In this document: positions 36,421-49,296 of the stretch, piece by piece
Layout of the letters: the number at the start of each line of letters is the position of its first letter
Position numbering within the stretch: the first letter of the stretch is position 1
From: Dictyostelium discoideum
Lineage: Eukaryota
DNA length: 64,000 nucleotides
Direction of reading: 5' to 3'
Assembly: GCA_000004695.1 (NCBI GenBank)
Contig: CM000151.3
Coordinates: 7,456,001-7,520,000, forward strand
The notes under the pieces: generated by a model
What the model saw: only the letters and a program-made list of their open reading frames with translations
The model's database searches: none
What the model was told of the DNA's origin: nothing
Made by a program: the position numbers and the translations under genes

Positions 36421-37909
36421 TTAATTAATTAATGGAGTTGTTGGATTATCATCATCATCATCTCTTTGATTATATTCAGCTTCAATATCACGAGTATTAT
36501 TTTTTTTGAAATTTCCATGAAGGTTGTTATGATTATTATTACTATTATTTTGATTGACAACAACTCTACCATTAACTACTTGAGGATGATGTAAATAGGA
36601 AGTTGAACCACCTGATGATATTCTATAGGTTGGTGTATTTGCAGGTTTTGGTGGCATTTTTCTAAATAATATAATTACAAAAACTGATGGTACAACTTCA
36701 CTAACTGTATAGTAAATTGCAACACTTGTAAAGTTTACATGTAATTTGGGATAATATGAAACTACTAAAAATAATAATGATCTACCTAAAAAACAAAGTG
36801 TACATAATAATGTAAAAACCACAACCTAAAAATAATGATAATAATAAAAAAAGTTAATTAATTACCTTTTAATTAATCTAAAATTAAATATATACATACT
36901 TCAATGAATTTCTTTTTTTGACCTCTTGAATGAATCGGATTTCTTTTTAATTTTAAAGATAATTTACAACCATAATAAAAGAAAGCTAAACTTGCAAGTA
37001 ATGAAATTGCAGCATAAAATGTATTATCAGTTTTATCAATTTGTTCTCTATGTGTTCTTGGTAGAGCGAAAATCAATATCCAAATTATAATTTGTAAAAT
37101 ATATATAATACCAATTGCTAAAAAAAATAATGGTTTTACTTTTGCTTGATATAATTTAGTTTTATTTCTTGAATGATATACAATTTCAATCCTATAATTA
37201 TAATAATAATAATATTAATAAGTTTGGTTCTTCTTGATTTAATTTATCTTAATATCTATCTGTTTGTCTGTCTCTCTGTATGTTTACATACCAAAATAAA
37301 ATTAATAAACAAAATGTTGTAAAAAATGAAACACAACCAAGATCATCTAATATTGTAAATCTTTCTAAACTAAATTTACCAATATTAAATGTTTCTTTAT
37401 CATAACTTGATAATGCTACTGAAAAAAAGAAAACGGTTCTAACTGTAATAATTAAAATTAGTAAATTGGGAAAAAAAAAAAAAAAGAAAAAAAAGAAAAA
37501 AAAAAAAAAAAAAAAGATGATTGTGGTGGGATTGAATTTCATGTGATCACTTACATGTACATGTTAAAAATAAGAGAACTAAAAAAGTTTTTTGTGTTGT
37601 AACTTTTCTTAAAGGGAAACCAATAAAAAAGATACGAATAAATTGAATTAGAGGTGCAAATAATAATGCACCATATATTGCTCCCATCACTATGAATACT
37701 GTATATAATGATTCTAGTGATACTTCATTATATCCGCTATCACTATCATTGATTCCCGATGATGAAGAATTTGGTTTGGTTGTAGGGGTAGCTGCCCCAC
37801 CTATTATTGTATCATTGTTATTATTATTACTATAAAGATTATGATGATGATTACTGTCACCATACCTATTATGTATTGCTATCTCTATTATTGAGAATAA
37901 TGCTCTCAT
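36421..37909 (-). CDS. Multi-pass membrane protein, about 400 aa, 4 exons: about 37909..37553, about 37426..37292, about 37206..36900, 36825..36421 (inner boundaries within about 10 nt)
   Basis: Exon 1 MRALFSIIEIAIHNRYG...LTCTCK ends phase 1 before GTAAGT. Exon 2 follows a poly-T intron and acceptor ttattacAG, ending ...LILFW before GTATGT (phase 2). Exon 3 IEIVYHSRNKTKLY...KKFIE ends before GTATGT (phase 0). Exon 4 starts after tttttAG at 36827-36826. About 7 hydrophobic helices; family not assigned. Confidence 0.55.
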
Positions 37910-38545
37910 CTTTTTAATTTATTTTATTGATTCGATTTTTTTTATTTTTATTTTTATTTTTATTTTTAATATTTTTATTTTTATTTTTGTGTTTTTTGTT
38001 TTTTGTTTTTTGTTTTTTGAGAAATAAAAAAAAAAAAAAAAAAAAAAAAACAAACAAAAATGGGTTATGATAACTGTGACTTTATTTTTGTTTTTATTTT
38101 GGGTGTTTGATTACAGTGAGAGTTTTTTATTTTTTTATTTTTTTTTTTTTTTTATTTTTTTTAAAAAAAAAAAAAAACTTTAAAAAAAAAATAAAAATAA
38201 TTTAACTTTTTTTATTAAAAATCATTTTTTTTTAGTGGACATAAAATATCTGGATATGATATCATTTTTTTTTGATGGTTTATTGAAAAAGTTAAATTAT
38301 TTTTATTTTGTTTTTATTTTTTATTTTTTAATTTTTTTTTTTTTATTTTAAAATTTTTTTTTTGTTTAAATTTCCTTTTACTATTAAAAGAACTTGAGAC
38401 TAATGGTTTAAGTTTTGGTTTAATTTTTTTTTCATTTTTTTTTTTCATATTACTTTTTTAATTTTTTAAAAAGAATGGTTGACAGAACAAAACCCAATTA
38501 AGGATTTTAATTTTTAATTTTTAAAAAAATAAGTTTATTTTATTT

Positions 38546-38755
38546 ATTTATTTTTTTGCCTTGCAGAGCAATCTTCACAAGAAATTCCAATTTTCATCTT
38601 TTTTTTCTTCCATTCTTGTTCGTCATCTTCCTCTTGCTGTTGTTGTTCATATTCTTCTTCCTCCTCCTCTTTCTCTTGCTGTTGTAACAATGTTGTTGTT
38701 GTTGCTGTAGTGATTGTTGTTCTTGTAACAATTGTTGTCGTTGTAGCAATTGTAG

Positions 38756-38835
<80 letters not shown>

Positions 38836-38861
38836 GGAGAAATTGTTGTTGTTGTTGTTGC

Positions 38862-38901
<40 letters not shown>

Positions 38902-38903
38902 GC

Positions 38904-38951
<48 letters not shown>

Positions 38952-39045
38952 AACAATCGTTTTTGGTCTCGCTGAAGTTGTTTTTGTTGTTTTCTTTAAA
39001 TTTCATTTTGTCTAAACTTACTGTATTTTTATTCTTCTTCTGCAT
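38546..39045 (-). CDS. Possible low-complexity poly-N/Q protein spanning the (GTT)n tract; frame ambiguous
   Basis: ATG at 39045 opens a 133-codon poly-N frame. A second frame is poly-Q (ORF 38594..38956). A third frame gives an acidic protein-like C-terminus (...EEEEEEYEQQQQEEDDEQEWKKKKMKIGISCEDCSARQKNK*). All three are open through the repeat. A GTAAGT occurs 8 codons after the ATG. No model closes cleanly. Confidence 0.25.
38756..38950. repeat. (GTT)n / (CAA)n trinucleotide microsatellite, about 60 units with rare GCT/GGA interruptions
   Basis: Direct reading. Confidence 0.9.
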
Positions 39046-39245
39046 TTACCTTTTAACTTTTTATCAATTGTTGTGTCTATAATTTCCCATTGTCTTTTTA
39101 ACTTTTATCTAATTCCATTGTTCTGATTTTAAACTATCAATATTCTCTGAACCATTGGCGCTCATTTTATTAACTAATATTTTATTTAACTAATATTTTA
39201 TTTAACTTTTAAACAGAAATTCCAAAATTTTTTTTTTTTAATTTT

Positions 39246-39292
<47 letters not shown>

Positions 39293-39472
39293 TTTTATTT
39301 TTTATTTTTATAACCACCAACAATAACCAATTTTCAAGATAAAAAATAAAAAATAGTTTTAATATCATCAAAAATAGAAAATAGGAAAAAAAGAAAGAGA
39401 AAAGAGGAGGAGGAGGAGTGGTTTTAATTAAAAAAAAAAAAAAAAAAAAAAAAATTAAATATAAATAGTTAA

Positions 39473-40419
<947 letters not shown>

Positions 40420-40527
40420 ATAATTATAATAATAAATATGTACAGAGTAAAGATTTTTATTTATAAAAATTTATGCAAAAAAAAGTGTTTGTTATTATTT
40501 TTGTAATTTTGTTATTTTGTTGATATT

Positions 40528-41987
40528 TTATATTATATTGATATTTGTATTTGTATTATTTGAGGTATCATTTGAATCAGTTGTTACAGTTGCATAAGCA
40601 CATGCTTCAATATTGGTATAGTTATCTTCTGCTATTCCAGTCATTGATGATTCTATTGTTCTTTCTTTTTCTATTTTAATTTCTTTTTTTCTTTTAATTT
40701 CATTTTTAGGTTGTTGTCGTTGATGTTTTTGATTTGTATTTGATTCTAATTTTTTATTATCTTTTAAAATATAAATCATTTCTAATGATAATACAATTTC
40801 AAAAAAGAATTCTATCCCAAATACTAATATAGTATCATAGTTAGTTTTGTTTGAAATTCCATATTTCATGAATAATAACATTGATAATACTGTAACAATA
40901 AATGTAATTGATAATACAGTTGTGACAAATAATAACTTTTTTTTTTTTTTTTTTATAAAAAACATTAAAATTTAATATTTAAAATAATAAGAATTAAAAT
41001 AAATTTTTAATTTAATTTAGTTACCTTTTTAATTATTATTTTTTTTGATTTTTTATATTTATTAATTGTTACATTTTTAATTCTTTTATAAATTAAAATA
41101 CCATATATTATAAAACCAAATGAAATTAATAAACCTATTATTATTATAAAACAAGTATAAAATTTTGAAACAAATTGATATCTACCATCAAAATAATAAT
41201 ATTTTGATAATTTATTATGATGATTTGAATTTGATGCACTTGTTGAATTTAATATTTTAATTATTAATTCAAAACAAAACCAAAGTGAATCAAAAATTAT
41301 AAAACAGTTTCTTGCAATTGGATTAAATTTTGAAATACTTTTATAAGCATAACTATTATTTGAATATTTAATTGACTTGTAATGATATAATCCAATCCAG
41401 TAGATAAATACTAAAATAAATGAAGAAAATATAAAAAATAAACCCCATCCACCAATTAATTCAATAATAATTTTAGTAAATCCTCTTTTTCCTAATGGAT
41501 CAACTGTTAAAAATAATAAATTTGCTTTTTTTTTTTTTTTTTTTCAATATATAAAAAAAAAGGTATTAATTATATTATTATTTTTATTATTTATTATTTT
41601 CAATATAATATTTAAATTGAAAAAAAAAAAAAAAAGATATTAATATTATTATTATTTTTTTATAATTATTTAATTAATTAATTAATAATAATACATACAA
41701 AGAGTACCAATTATAATAAATGAAAAAGAAATAACTTTTAATTTTTGATTTTTTAAATTTGATTTTTGTTTAATTATTAAATTTAAAATAAAATTAAAAA
41801 TTGTAAATATTAATAAAACTCCAAATAGTATAATAAAACTGTAATTCCAAATTTTATAAACTATACCCAGTGAGTCTATATATGAAGTTTTGCATTCTTC
41901 ACCACTCCAATATGGTAAACAATGACATTTATTATTAATACATATACCATTCTCACCACATAATAATTTATTAATAGTACAATTCAT
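40528..41987 (-). CDS. Seven-transmembrane protein with an N-terminal extracellular EGF-like domain, 390 aa, 3 exons: 41987..41699, 41503..41028, 40935..40528
   Basis: Exon 1 MNCTINKLLCGENGICINNKCHCLPYWSGEECKTSY (6-Cys EGF-like) + TM1 ends phase 1 before GTATGT at 41698. Acceptor ttaacAG at 41505-4 gives codon TTT. Exon 2 (TM2-TM5, ...KSKKIIIKK) ends before GTAACT at 41027. The 92-nt intron ends poly-A+AG at 40937-6, phase 0. Exon 3 carries TM6-TM7 and a basic/acidic tail. Total exon length 1173 = 3 x 391. Confidence 0.65.
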
Positions 41988-42824
41988 TTATTTTCTTTTT
42001 TTATTTATTATTATTAATATTTATTATTATATATTGTTATTATATATTTGTATTATTATTTTTTTATCTTTTAAAAATAAAATAAAATAAAATTTTATTA
42101 TTATTATTTATTATTAAGAAATTAATATTAAGGTTCAATAAAAAAAAAAAAAAAAATCTAATAAAAAAAAAATTATATTAATTAAAAATTTATTAAATTT
42201 AAATTCAAATAATAAAAATAAATAAATATAAAAAATAGAATTTCTTGGTTTAGTATATCTTCTTTAATAATATTTACACATATTTTCCTGTCATAGGTTA
42301 AAAAAAACAAACATATAGCTACATTTATAATAATATTTTTAAATTTAAATTATTTCAATTTGTAATTGTATTTTGTCTAACAACCCCTCTCCCCATTTTC
42401 AAATTTAACCCTTTTTAAAAACTAAAATAGAAAAAAAATCTTGAAAGATCTAAATTTAATATATTATAATTAAAATCAAAAAAATGTGTGGGAATTATCT
42501 ATTTAAATTATTTGTTGGGGTTATAATAAAGTGAACCTAATATAATTTCTTTTTTTCGGGTACTTTATATTTTTATTTAGATTAATATACAATTATTTTA
42601 TGGGTTTTTTTTTTTAATCAAAATGATGACGACAGAAACGTAAAGTCACAATACAAAAATGATAAAAAAAATAAAAAAAAAAATAAAAAAAATAAAATAA
42701 AAAATTAAAAAAAAAAAACAAATAATTAGGTAATTTTTTATTTTTTATTTTTTATATTGATTTATAAAATCTTTATTTAATTAATTAATTTTTAAATAAT
42801 TTTTTTTTTTTTTTTTTTTTTTTT

Positions 42825-44213
42825 TTAAGGGGAAATGACAAACTCTACAAATAAAACTTTACCCAAAAGATGGTCAAGAATAGTAGTGTCAGATCTCTTA
42901 ACTGGTCTTAAGTTATGATGTATACTCAAATTTTGGGAATTGTTAATTTTGAATTTCTTAGAGTAAGTCATTCCACTTACTTTTTTAACAACCCTGGAAA
43001 AAAGGTCCTTTTTTCTAAAAATTGAAATTTTTTCTTTAATCATTGGAATCTGTTCAATTTCTTTACCAAATGAAATATTTATATTACCTTCATACTTTGA
43101 ATCATGCATTGATAATAATCTAATCATAACTTTTTTACCTTTTAATGAATCTGGGAAATTAACTTTTAATAATAATTCACCAGATAGGTATTGACCATGA
43201 CAACCAGAGATTGGTTCATACTTAAAATCACGTTTCATCGAAGAGATATTTTGAGATTTTGGATCTTGTCTTAAACAAGATGCATCCATACGATAGATAA
43301 ATGGTATTGAATGTTCAGGAATTGTAATCTCTGGTACATAACTATAATCAAGTTCATGAATTTTTTCTTTCAATTGATCTTTTGCTTTAATTGGTGTGCC
43401 AACAATCAAAGGAACTGGATACAATACTAAATCATTTTTTAAAATTAAATGAGCATTTTTCAACATATCTGCATCTTGACAATTCTCGGTAATAATAGAT
43501 AAACCATCAATAATTTTTTCATGTAATTTCTCTCTCAATGATTTTAATCTCTTTGATTTATCAGTTGCAGGTCTACCAACTACTTCAATTTCTGGAATTC
43601 CCCATTGATACTTTTAATTTTTTAAAAAAAAAATATTAATTAAATGAAATAAAATAAAAAAAATAAAAAAAATAAAATAAAAAGTACATACCCAAAAATA
43701 ATCGATTGATCTAATTAAAAAGATATATAAAAAGATTGCTTCTAAGAAATGTGGAATTGTGGATTTTACAAATTTTGGGTCACTTGTAAAAATGTAAACT
43801 TTTTTTATATCATTTCTAAGTATATCAATTTTTGTACGAATTGATTCTCTTGAAACTGGATCAACATTTTCACCATTGACTAATTGATAACGTAATCTTT
43901 CCAATGCATCTTTTAATGTTTCTAATGTTGAAGCCAATCCATCAACAAGTGATTGACAATTTCTTTTCCATTGTTCAATTTCTGATGCTTCAATCTTTTT
44001 ATCAATTATTTCAATCATTTCTTTTTTAAATTCTGCCAATCTTTCTTCCAATTCTTTTTTTTTTTGTTTGTCCTCATCAGTTGCTCTTTGCCAAAATAAT
44101 TGAAAAACAACTCCTAATACATCTCCAACAATTGGTATGGATTCGCTTTTAGAGTAATAAGTAATAATAATAATATTAAAAATTATTAATATTTATTTAT
44201 TTATTGTTTCAAG

Positions 44214-44244
<31 letters not shown>

Positions 44245-44472
44245 AAAAATAAACAATTACATTAATTTAGAGGCTACTACTTCAATGTCGTCGATTGTTG
44301 GTGTAAAAAATTCAATAATATCAAATGGATCCTCAGTTTCAACAGTTCCATACATATCAATAGGGATTACAGCTAATGGATCTTTTTTTAATATTTCCTC
44401 TGCCTTTTTTTTTGCAACTTCATATTGTTCAATATCTTTGACCACAGAAGTAACTGAATTATCTGTTGACAT
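42825..44472 (-). CDS. Hypothetical protein, paralog A, about 483 aa, 3 exons: 44472..44261, 44145..43692, 43610..42825
   Basis: Exon 1 MSTDNSVTSVVKDIEQYEV... ends phase 2 before GTAATT at 44260. Acceptor ctctaaaAG at 44147-6 supplies C (codon ATC). Exon 2 (...coiled coil...IPHFLEAIFLYIFLIRSIDYFW) ends before GTATGT at 43691. Acceptor aaattaaaAG at 43612-11 is phase 0. Exon 3 YQWGIPEIEVVGRPATDKSKRLKSLREKLHEK... Parallel to paralog B throughout. Confidence 0.6.
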
Positions 44473-44742
44473 GGTTTATTTTATTTGTTTTATTACTATA
44501 ATAAAATATTTTAAATAAAAAAAAAATAATAATAATTTATACTTTAAAAAAAAAAAAGGAATTTTTTAGATAAAATCTATTGCCCTTTTTTTTTTTTTTT
44601 TACAAAATTAATTGGTGCAAGATTTGCAGGTCAAAATCAACACAAAGCAGTTAAATTTTAAAAAAAAAATTTATAATTAATTAAATTTTTTTTTTTTTTT
44701 TGAATTTTTTATTGGGGATTTTGTTAGTGGGTGTGTGTAATT

Positions 44743-45045
44743 TTAGTCGATTTTGGTTGGTTGTTTTACAAATATTTCAATAAATAAGATTCTACCAGAT
44801 ATATCAGTTGTTAGAGTTGAAGTTGGTTTTTGTAGTTTGTGCCTGATATTTAATATTGGGTCAGTGCCTAAATCTTTTGAAAATCCAATGGTTGTATCAC
44901 TGTAACCGCATCTAAACGGTTTTTTAATATTTAATGATTTTATTAAATTATAAGAATGATCATTAATAATATTAAATTCATGCTCAACATCAGATATAAT
45001 CTTTACAGTACCAAAATTATTACCTAACTGAATTTCATAATTATA

Positions 45046-45077
<32 letters not shown>

Positions 45078-46145
45078 TTTCTTTTTCATCATAATGTAAA
45101 ATTGAGAAAACTCTAATTGAAATTGGTTTATTTTTAAAAGAAGTTGAAGCATTTGCTAATTTAACCTTTAATGATAATTGATTTGATAAGAATTGACCAA
45201 CACAATTTGTTATTGGCTCTAATTTAAATGTATAGATTCTACCTAATGCATGTTCACTTATTGGTGATTGTCTAATAGATTGTCCATCAACACGAAATAT
45301 GATTGAATTATTTGAAATTGGTAGTAAAACTTCTGGATAATATTCAGTTTCTAAATCTTCAATACAACCTTCACATTGACTTTTTGAAAGGAATGGTTTT
45401 TCAATTATTAATTGATAATCTAATGGATAAATTGAAATATCACTCTTTAATATTAAATCAATACCATTTAAATAATAATATTGTTCTTTTGATTGTAATG
45501 ATTTAATATTATTTGAAATGAAATTAATTGATTCTTTAATTGTTTCATGTAAATCTTTAATTTCAATTTCTTTATTTGCATCTGTCAATGTAGTTGTTGT
45601 TGTAGTTGTTGCATTTGTTGTTGAAAATAAAACTATTCTTATAAATCCAATATATAATAATATTGATTTAATTAATTGTGGTATTAAATAATTTATAATT
45701 GATTCATCAATATTTTTCATTATAAATTCGATAATAGATTTTAATTTTTTTTTAATCTCTTGTTGAATTTCCGAATTATTTTTATAATTTTCATCTTTAA
45801 ATAATTTTATAATTTCATTAATTTTAATATTTGATAATTTAAAATTTTCTCTCCAATTTTTAATTTTAATTTCAATTTCATTTTCATTATTTTTTTCATT
45901 ATTTAATAATAATAATTCATTTTCAAAATCATATAAAGTTTTTTCAATTTCTCCTTTTCTAAATATATTTTCAATTATTGGTACTTTTTTACTTTAAAAA
46001 AATAATAATAAAAATAATTAATAATAATTAATAATAATTAATAATAATTAATAATAATTAATAATAATTAATAATAATAATAATAATAAAAACCATACCA
46101 TAAATCATTAATAAATATTTCATTGGGGTTATTAATTTCTGACAT
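44743..46145 (-). CDS. Hypothetical protein, paralog B, about 432 aa, 2 exons: 46145..46099 and 45991..44743
   Basis: Exon 1 MSEINNPNEIFINDL ends phase 2 before GTATGG at 46098. The intron contains a 10-mer minisatellite and ends tttaaAG at 45993-2; exon 2 supplies T (codon TGT), then KKVPIIENIF... Paralog A reads ESIPIVGDVL at the same position. The C-terminal 300 aa are collinear with paralog A (IEDLETEYYPEVLLP ~ IHELDYSYVPEITIP; ILFIEIFVKQ ~ VLFVEFVISP). Confidence 0.6.
46014..46076. repeat. Intronic minisatellite (ataataatta)n, about 7 units
   Basis: Direct reading, in intron 1 of paralog B. Confidence 0.9.
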
Positions 46146-46308
46146 TTTTAAAATATCGACAAATAAAAAAAAATGAAAAAAAGAAAAATAAAAATAAAAA
46201 TAAAAAAAAAGAAAAATAAAAATAAAAAAAATGAAAAAAAAGTTTTTTTTTTTTTATTGGCAATGGTTTAAATTGCATTTAATTTTTTTTTTTTTTTTTT
46301 TTTTATTT

Positions 46309-46771
46309 TTATTTTTGTTTTACAAAAGCCATTACTTTTTTTGAAAAATTATTTGTATTAACACCAACTAATGAATCAACTTGTTTATTTCTTTTAAAGA
46401 AAAGGAATAATGGAACATGATTAATATTATCAGATAAAATTTTAGATTCAAAACAATGAATTATATCAACTTGAATATGTGTAATTTCTTTATGTGATGA
46501 TGCAGATGCTTTGAATGATGGTAAAATTTTTTTACACTCTGGGCTAGTTACTGATGAAATAAATACAATAACCTAATAAATTTTTTAAAAAAAAAAAAAA
46601 ATAAAAAAAAATAAAAAAAAAAAATTATTTATATTAGTTTTTAACATGTAATTTCTAATTTTTAATTTTTAAAAAAATTATTTTCATTGTTTAATTTTTT
46701 ACTTTTTGACTTTTATGTTTATTAAAAAGTTCTTCAAATTTTTCAGAAGATGTTGCTTCAAAATATACCAT
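46309..46771 (-). CDS. Thioredoxin-fold protein with a SPEC (monothiol) motif in place of CGPC, 110 aa, 2 exons: 46771..46703 and 46572..46309
   Basis: Exon 1 MVYFEATSSEKFEELFNKHKSQK ends phase 0 before GTAAAA at 46702. Acceptor tttattAG at 46574-3. Exon 2 VIVFISSVTSPECKKILPSFKASA...VPLFLFFKRNKQVDSLVGVNTNNFSKKVMAFVKQK parallels a thioredoxin ([22 protein letters not shown]...PTFLFFK.G). 69+264 nt, phases consistent. Confidence 0.7.
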
Positions 46772-47467
46772 GGATGGATTTTTTATTTTTATTATTAAAT
46801 TTATATTATTTAAAACTATAATTATTATAGGAAAAAAAAAAAAAAAAAAAGTGTTTAAATAATTTTTTTTAAAAATTTTTTTTATAAAAATAAAATTAAA
46901 ATAAAATGTTAAAAAAAATAATAATTATTTAAGGACACATTTATTCATAATGTAAAATGATTTTAAAATATTACAAAGAAATATTGTTTAAAACTGATCA
47001 TCATATTTTTATTTTTTTGTGGTAAAGTTTTTTTTGTTTTTTTTGTTTTTTTTTTTATTTGTGTGTTTAAAAACACATATCAAATTACCAAATTAAGATT
47101 ATCTAAATAAAAAGTTATTTTTTTTTTATGATTTTTTTATGTTTTTTTTTTTTTTTTTTTTTTTTTTTCACAACTCCCATTATGGCTTAATATTTATTAT
47201 TTTAATTCCTTTTTTATAAGATGTGTAAAAAAAAAAAAAAAAAATTAAAAAGAAAGGATATTTTATAAGAAAATAATTTAAACACTTCTTACTATTTAAT
47301 ATTTAAATACACCAGTTTATAAACTGGTATTTTTACACTTAAATTAAAGTTTTTTTTTCTTTTTTTTTTTTTAATCATTTTTTTTTTTTTCTTTTTTTTT
47401 TTTTTATTTTGTTTTATTGTTTAAATATTTTTTATTTTTTTTTTTTTATTTTATTTATATATATTAT

Positions 47468-48825
47468 TTAAATTTCATCAGTTTCAAATTGAGCATCTTC
47501 ATCTTCTAATTTTTGTTTTTTATTCATTTGTTCAATTTCTTCTGGAGTTGGATCACCTTCTTCATCTCTAATAATTAACTCAACAACTTTTTCAACATTA
47601 TCACGTAATTCTTCTTCAGTTTCAAAATTAAATAAATTTCTTAAAATTGGATACTAAATAAATTATAATAAAAAAAAAAAAAACAAGTCAATATTATTTT
47701 TTTAAAAAAAAAATAAATAAATAAATATAATTAAATAATTTTTTTTAAAAAATAATTACAATTTTAGCAGTTCTCATTGAAACTCTTCCTTTTTTAGTAC
47801 CAGTTAAAAAGATTAAAGATTCTACAACCATTTTTCTACATTCTCTATCTTGATCTCTTTCATTACCAATTGGTAAAGAAGAATTATGTAAATCTATATG
47901 TAAACCAACCAAATCATCATCATCCAATTTATCATTACCTCTAATTGGTAAACATAATTTAGTGAGAATATCAACTTCTGGTGATATTAAATAATCGTGA
48001 TGTTGTTCAGAGTAACAACAATTTCTAATTATACCAAGGATACCTCTTCTCTTGATAACATTTTCATGTCTAACCAATGGTAAAATCTCTTTAAATATTT
48101 GATTCTCTTTATCTAATACAATCTTTCTTCCTTCTTGAATTTGTGTAACATTTAGAATGATATTAACAATCCAATTGTTTTTAGTTGATTTAAAATAATC
48201 TTCTTGATTTGAATCCATTGTTAACACTTGAACTAATTTCATTATAAAGAATGCCTCTAATTCTTTACCACACTAAATTTAATTATTATTAATATTTATT
48301 AATTTATTTATTAATTTTTTAAGATTAACTACAACTTACTTGCATTAATGATAAACAACCTTCTTTTGTATGAGTAACATTTGATAAAAGCATTGCAAAA
48401 ATTTCACTCATTTTATTTTTTGTATCAGTTGTACCATCAACTAATCTTGGTACGATATTCTTTTTAACGATATCATTCAACATATCTGTATCTTGACATA
48501 AATTAATTAAGATTGTTAATGCGTGTCTAACAACAACATGATTTGAATCTGTAATTAATTTAATACAATTATTAATAATTTGTGTTGATTTTAAAATATC
48601 TCTAGCTTCTTGATTATCTGATACACCTAAAAGATGTTGTAATGCTAAAAGTTTAATCTATTTGTTTTTTTTTTTTTTTTTTTTTTTTTTTCAAATATTT
48701 AAAAATTAATATTTTTTTTTATTTTTTTTTTTTTTTTAATTTTAATAAATAAAAAAATAATAATAAAATCATACTTCTGATTTTGGTTCAAGTAAAAATG
48801 GTACTAATTCTGGTAATTGATCCAT
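47468..48825 (-). CDS. HGH1: HGH1 (FAM203) homolog, armadillo-like DUF383/DUF384 protein, 355 aa, 4 exons: 48825..48775, 48657..48340, 48272..47760, 47653..47468
   Basis: Minus-strand donors GTATGA (48774), GTAAGT (48339), GTAATT (47759). Acceptors aaatAG (48659-8), aaatttAG (48274-3), tatttAG (47655-4). All phase 0; exon lengths 51+318+513+186. C-terminus ...ESLIFLTGTKKGRVSMRTAKIYPILRNLFNFETEEELRDNVEKVVELIIRDEEGDPTPEE matches the human HGH1 tail as I recall it (LLLLTATAPGRQQVRDQGAYLILRELHSWEPEPDVRTACEKLIQVLIGDEPE). Confidence 0.75.
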
Positions 48826-49057
48826 TATTTTAATTAATTTATATAAATATAGGAGGTGATTTATTAAAATAAAAAAAAAAAAATAAAAAAAAAAGAAAAT
48901 TTTCGTCGTTTGTCGGTTTTTTTTTTTCTCAATAGCTTAAAAATTTTTTTTTTTTTTATTTTCCATTTTTTATTTTTATTTTTTTTTTTGACAATGATTT
49001 AGTTACAGGGGGAAACTGTCACTTAATCATTGTCAATGAAAATTTTGAAAATTCACC

Positions 49058-49180
49058 ACACGGTACTAATGAATCCAAGCTTATTACAGTTGAAAATGAA
49101 CAAGTCTCATTATATTGTGTTAGATCAGTGGATGCAGGTTATCATGTATTTTCAAGACTATATTGAACTTATTTTTGGTT
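49058..49180 (+). pseudogene. Pseudogene fragment: degraded inverted copy of the 3' end of the last exon of the 18022..19279 gene
   Basis: ccacacggtactaatgaatccaagcttattacagttgaaaatgaacaagtc here against ccacatgccactaatgaatccaagcttattacagtagaaaatgaacaagtc (reverse complement of about 18100..18160), and the homologous 3' end lies upstream through 49190. Encodes ...NESKLITVENEQVSLYCVRSVDAGYHVFSRLY*, then a 1-bp deletion before the equivalent of IELIFD*. No start codon and no upstream exons. Confidence 0.55.
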
Positions 49181-49296
49181 AATTGGCAACATAAATATGA
49201 AAATAAAATGTAATGAATAAATAAGACTACATATATTTTTTTTTTTTATATTTTTTTTTTATTTTTATTTTTATTTTTTTTTTTAAAAAAAATAAT

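Noticed and set aside
38710-39015. Plus-strand poly-V ORFs 38710..39015 and 38756..38953
   Set aside because: This is the sense-strand reading of the (GTT)n microsatellite. The only plausible coding orientation is the minus strand.
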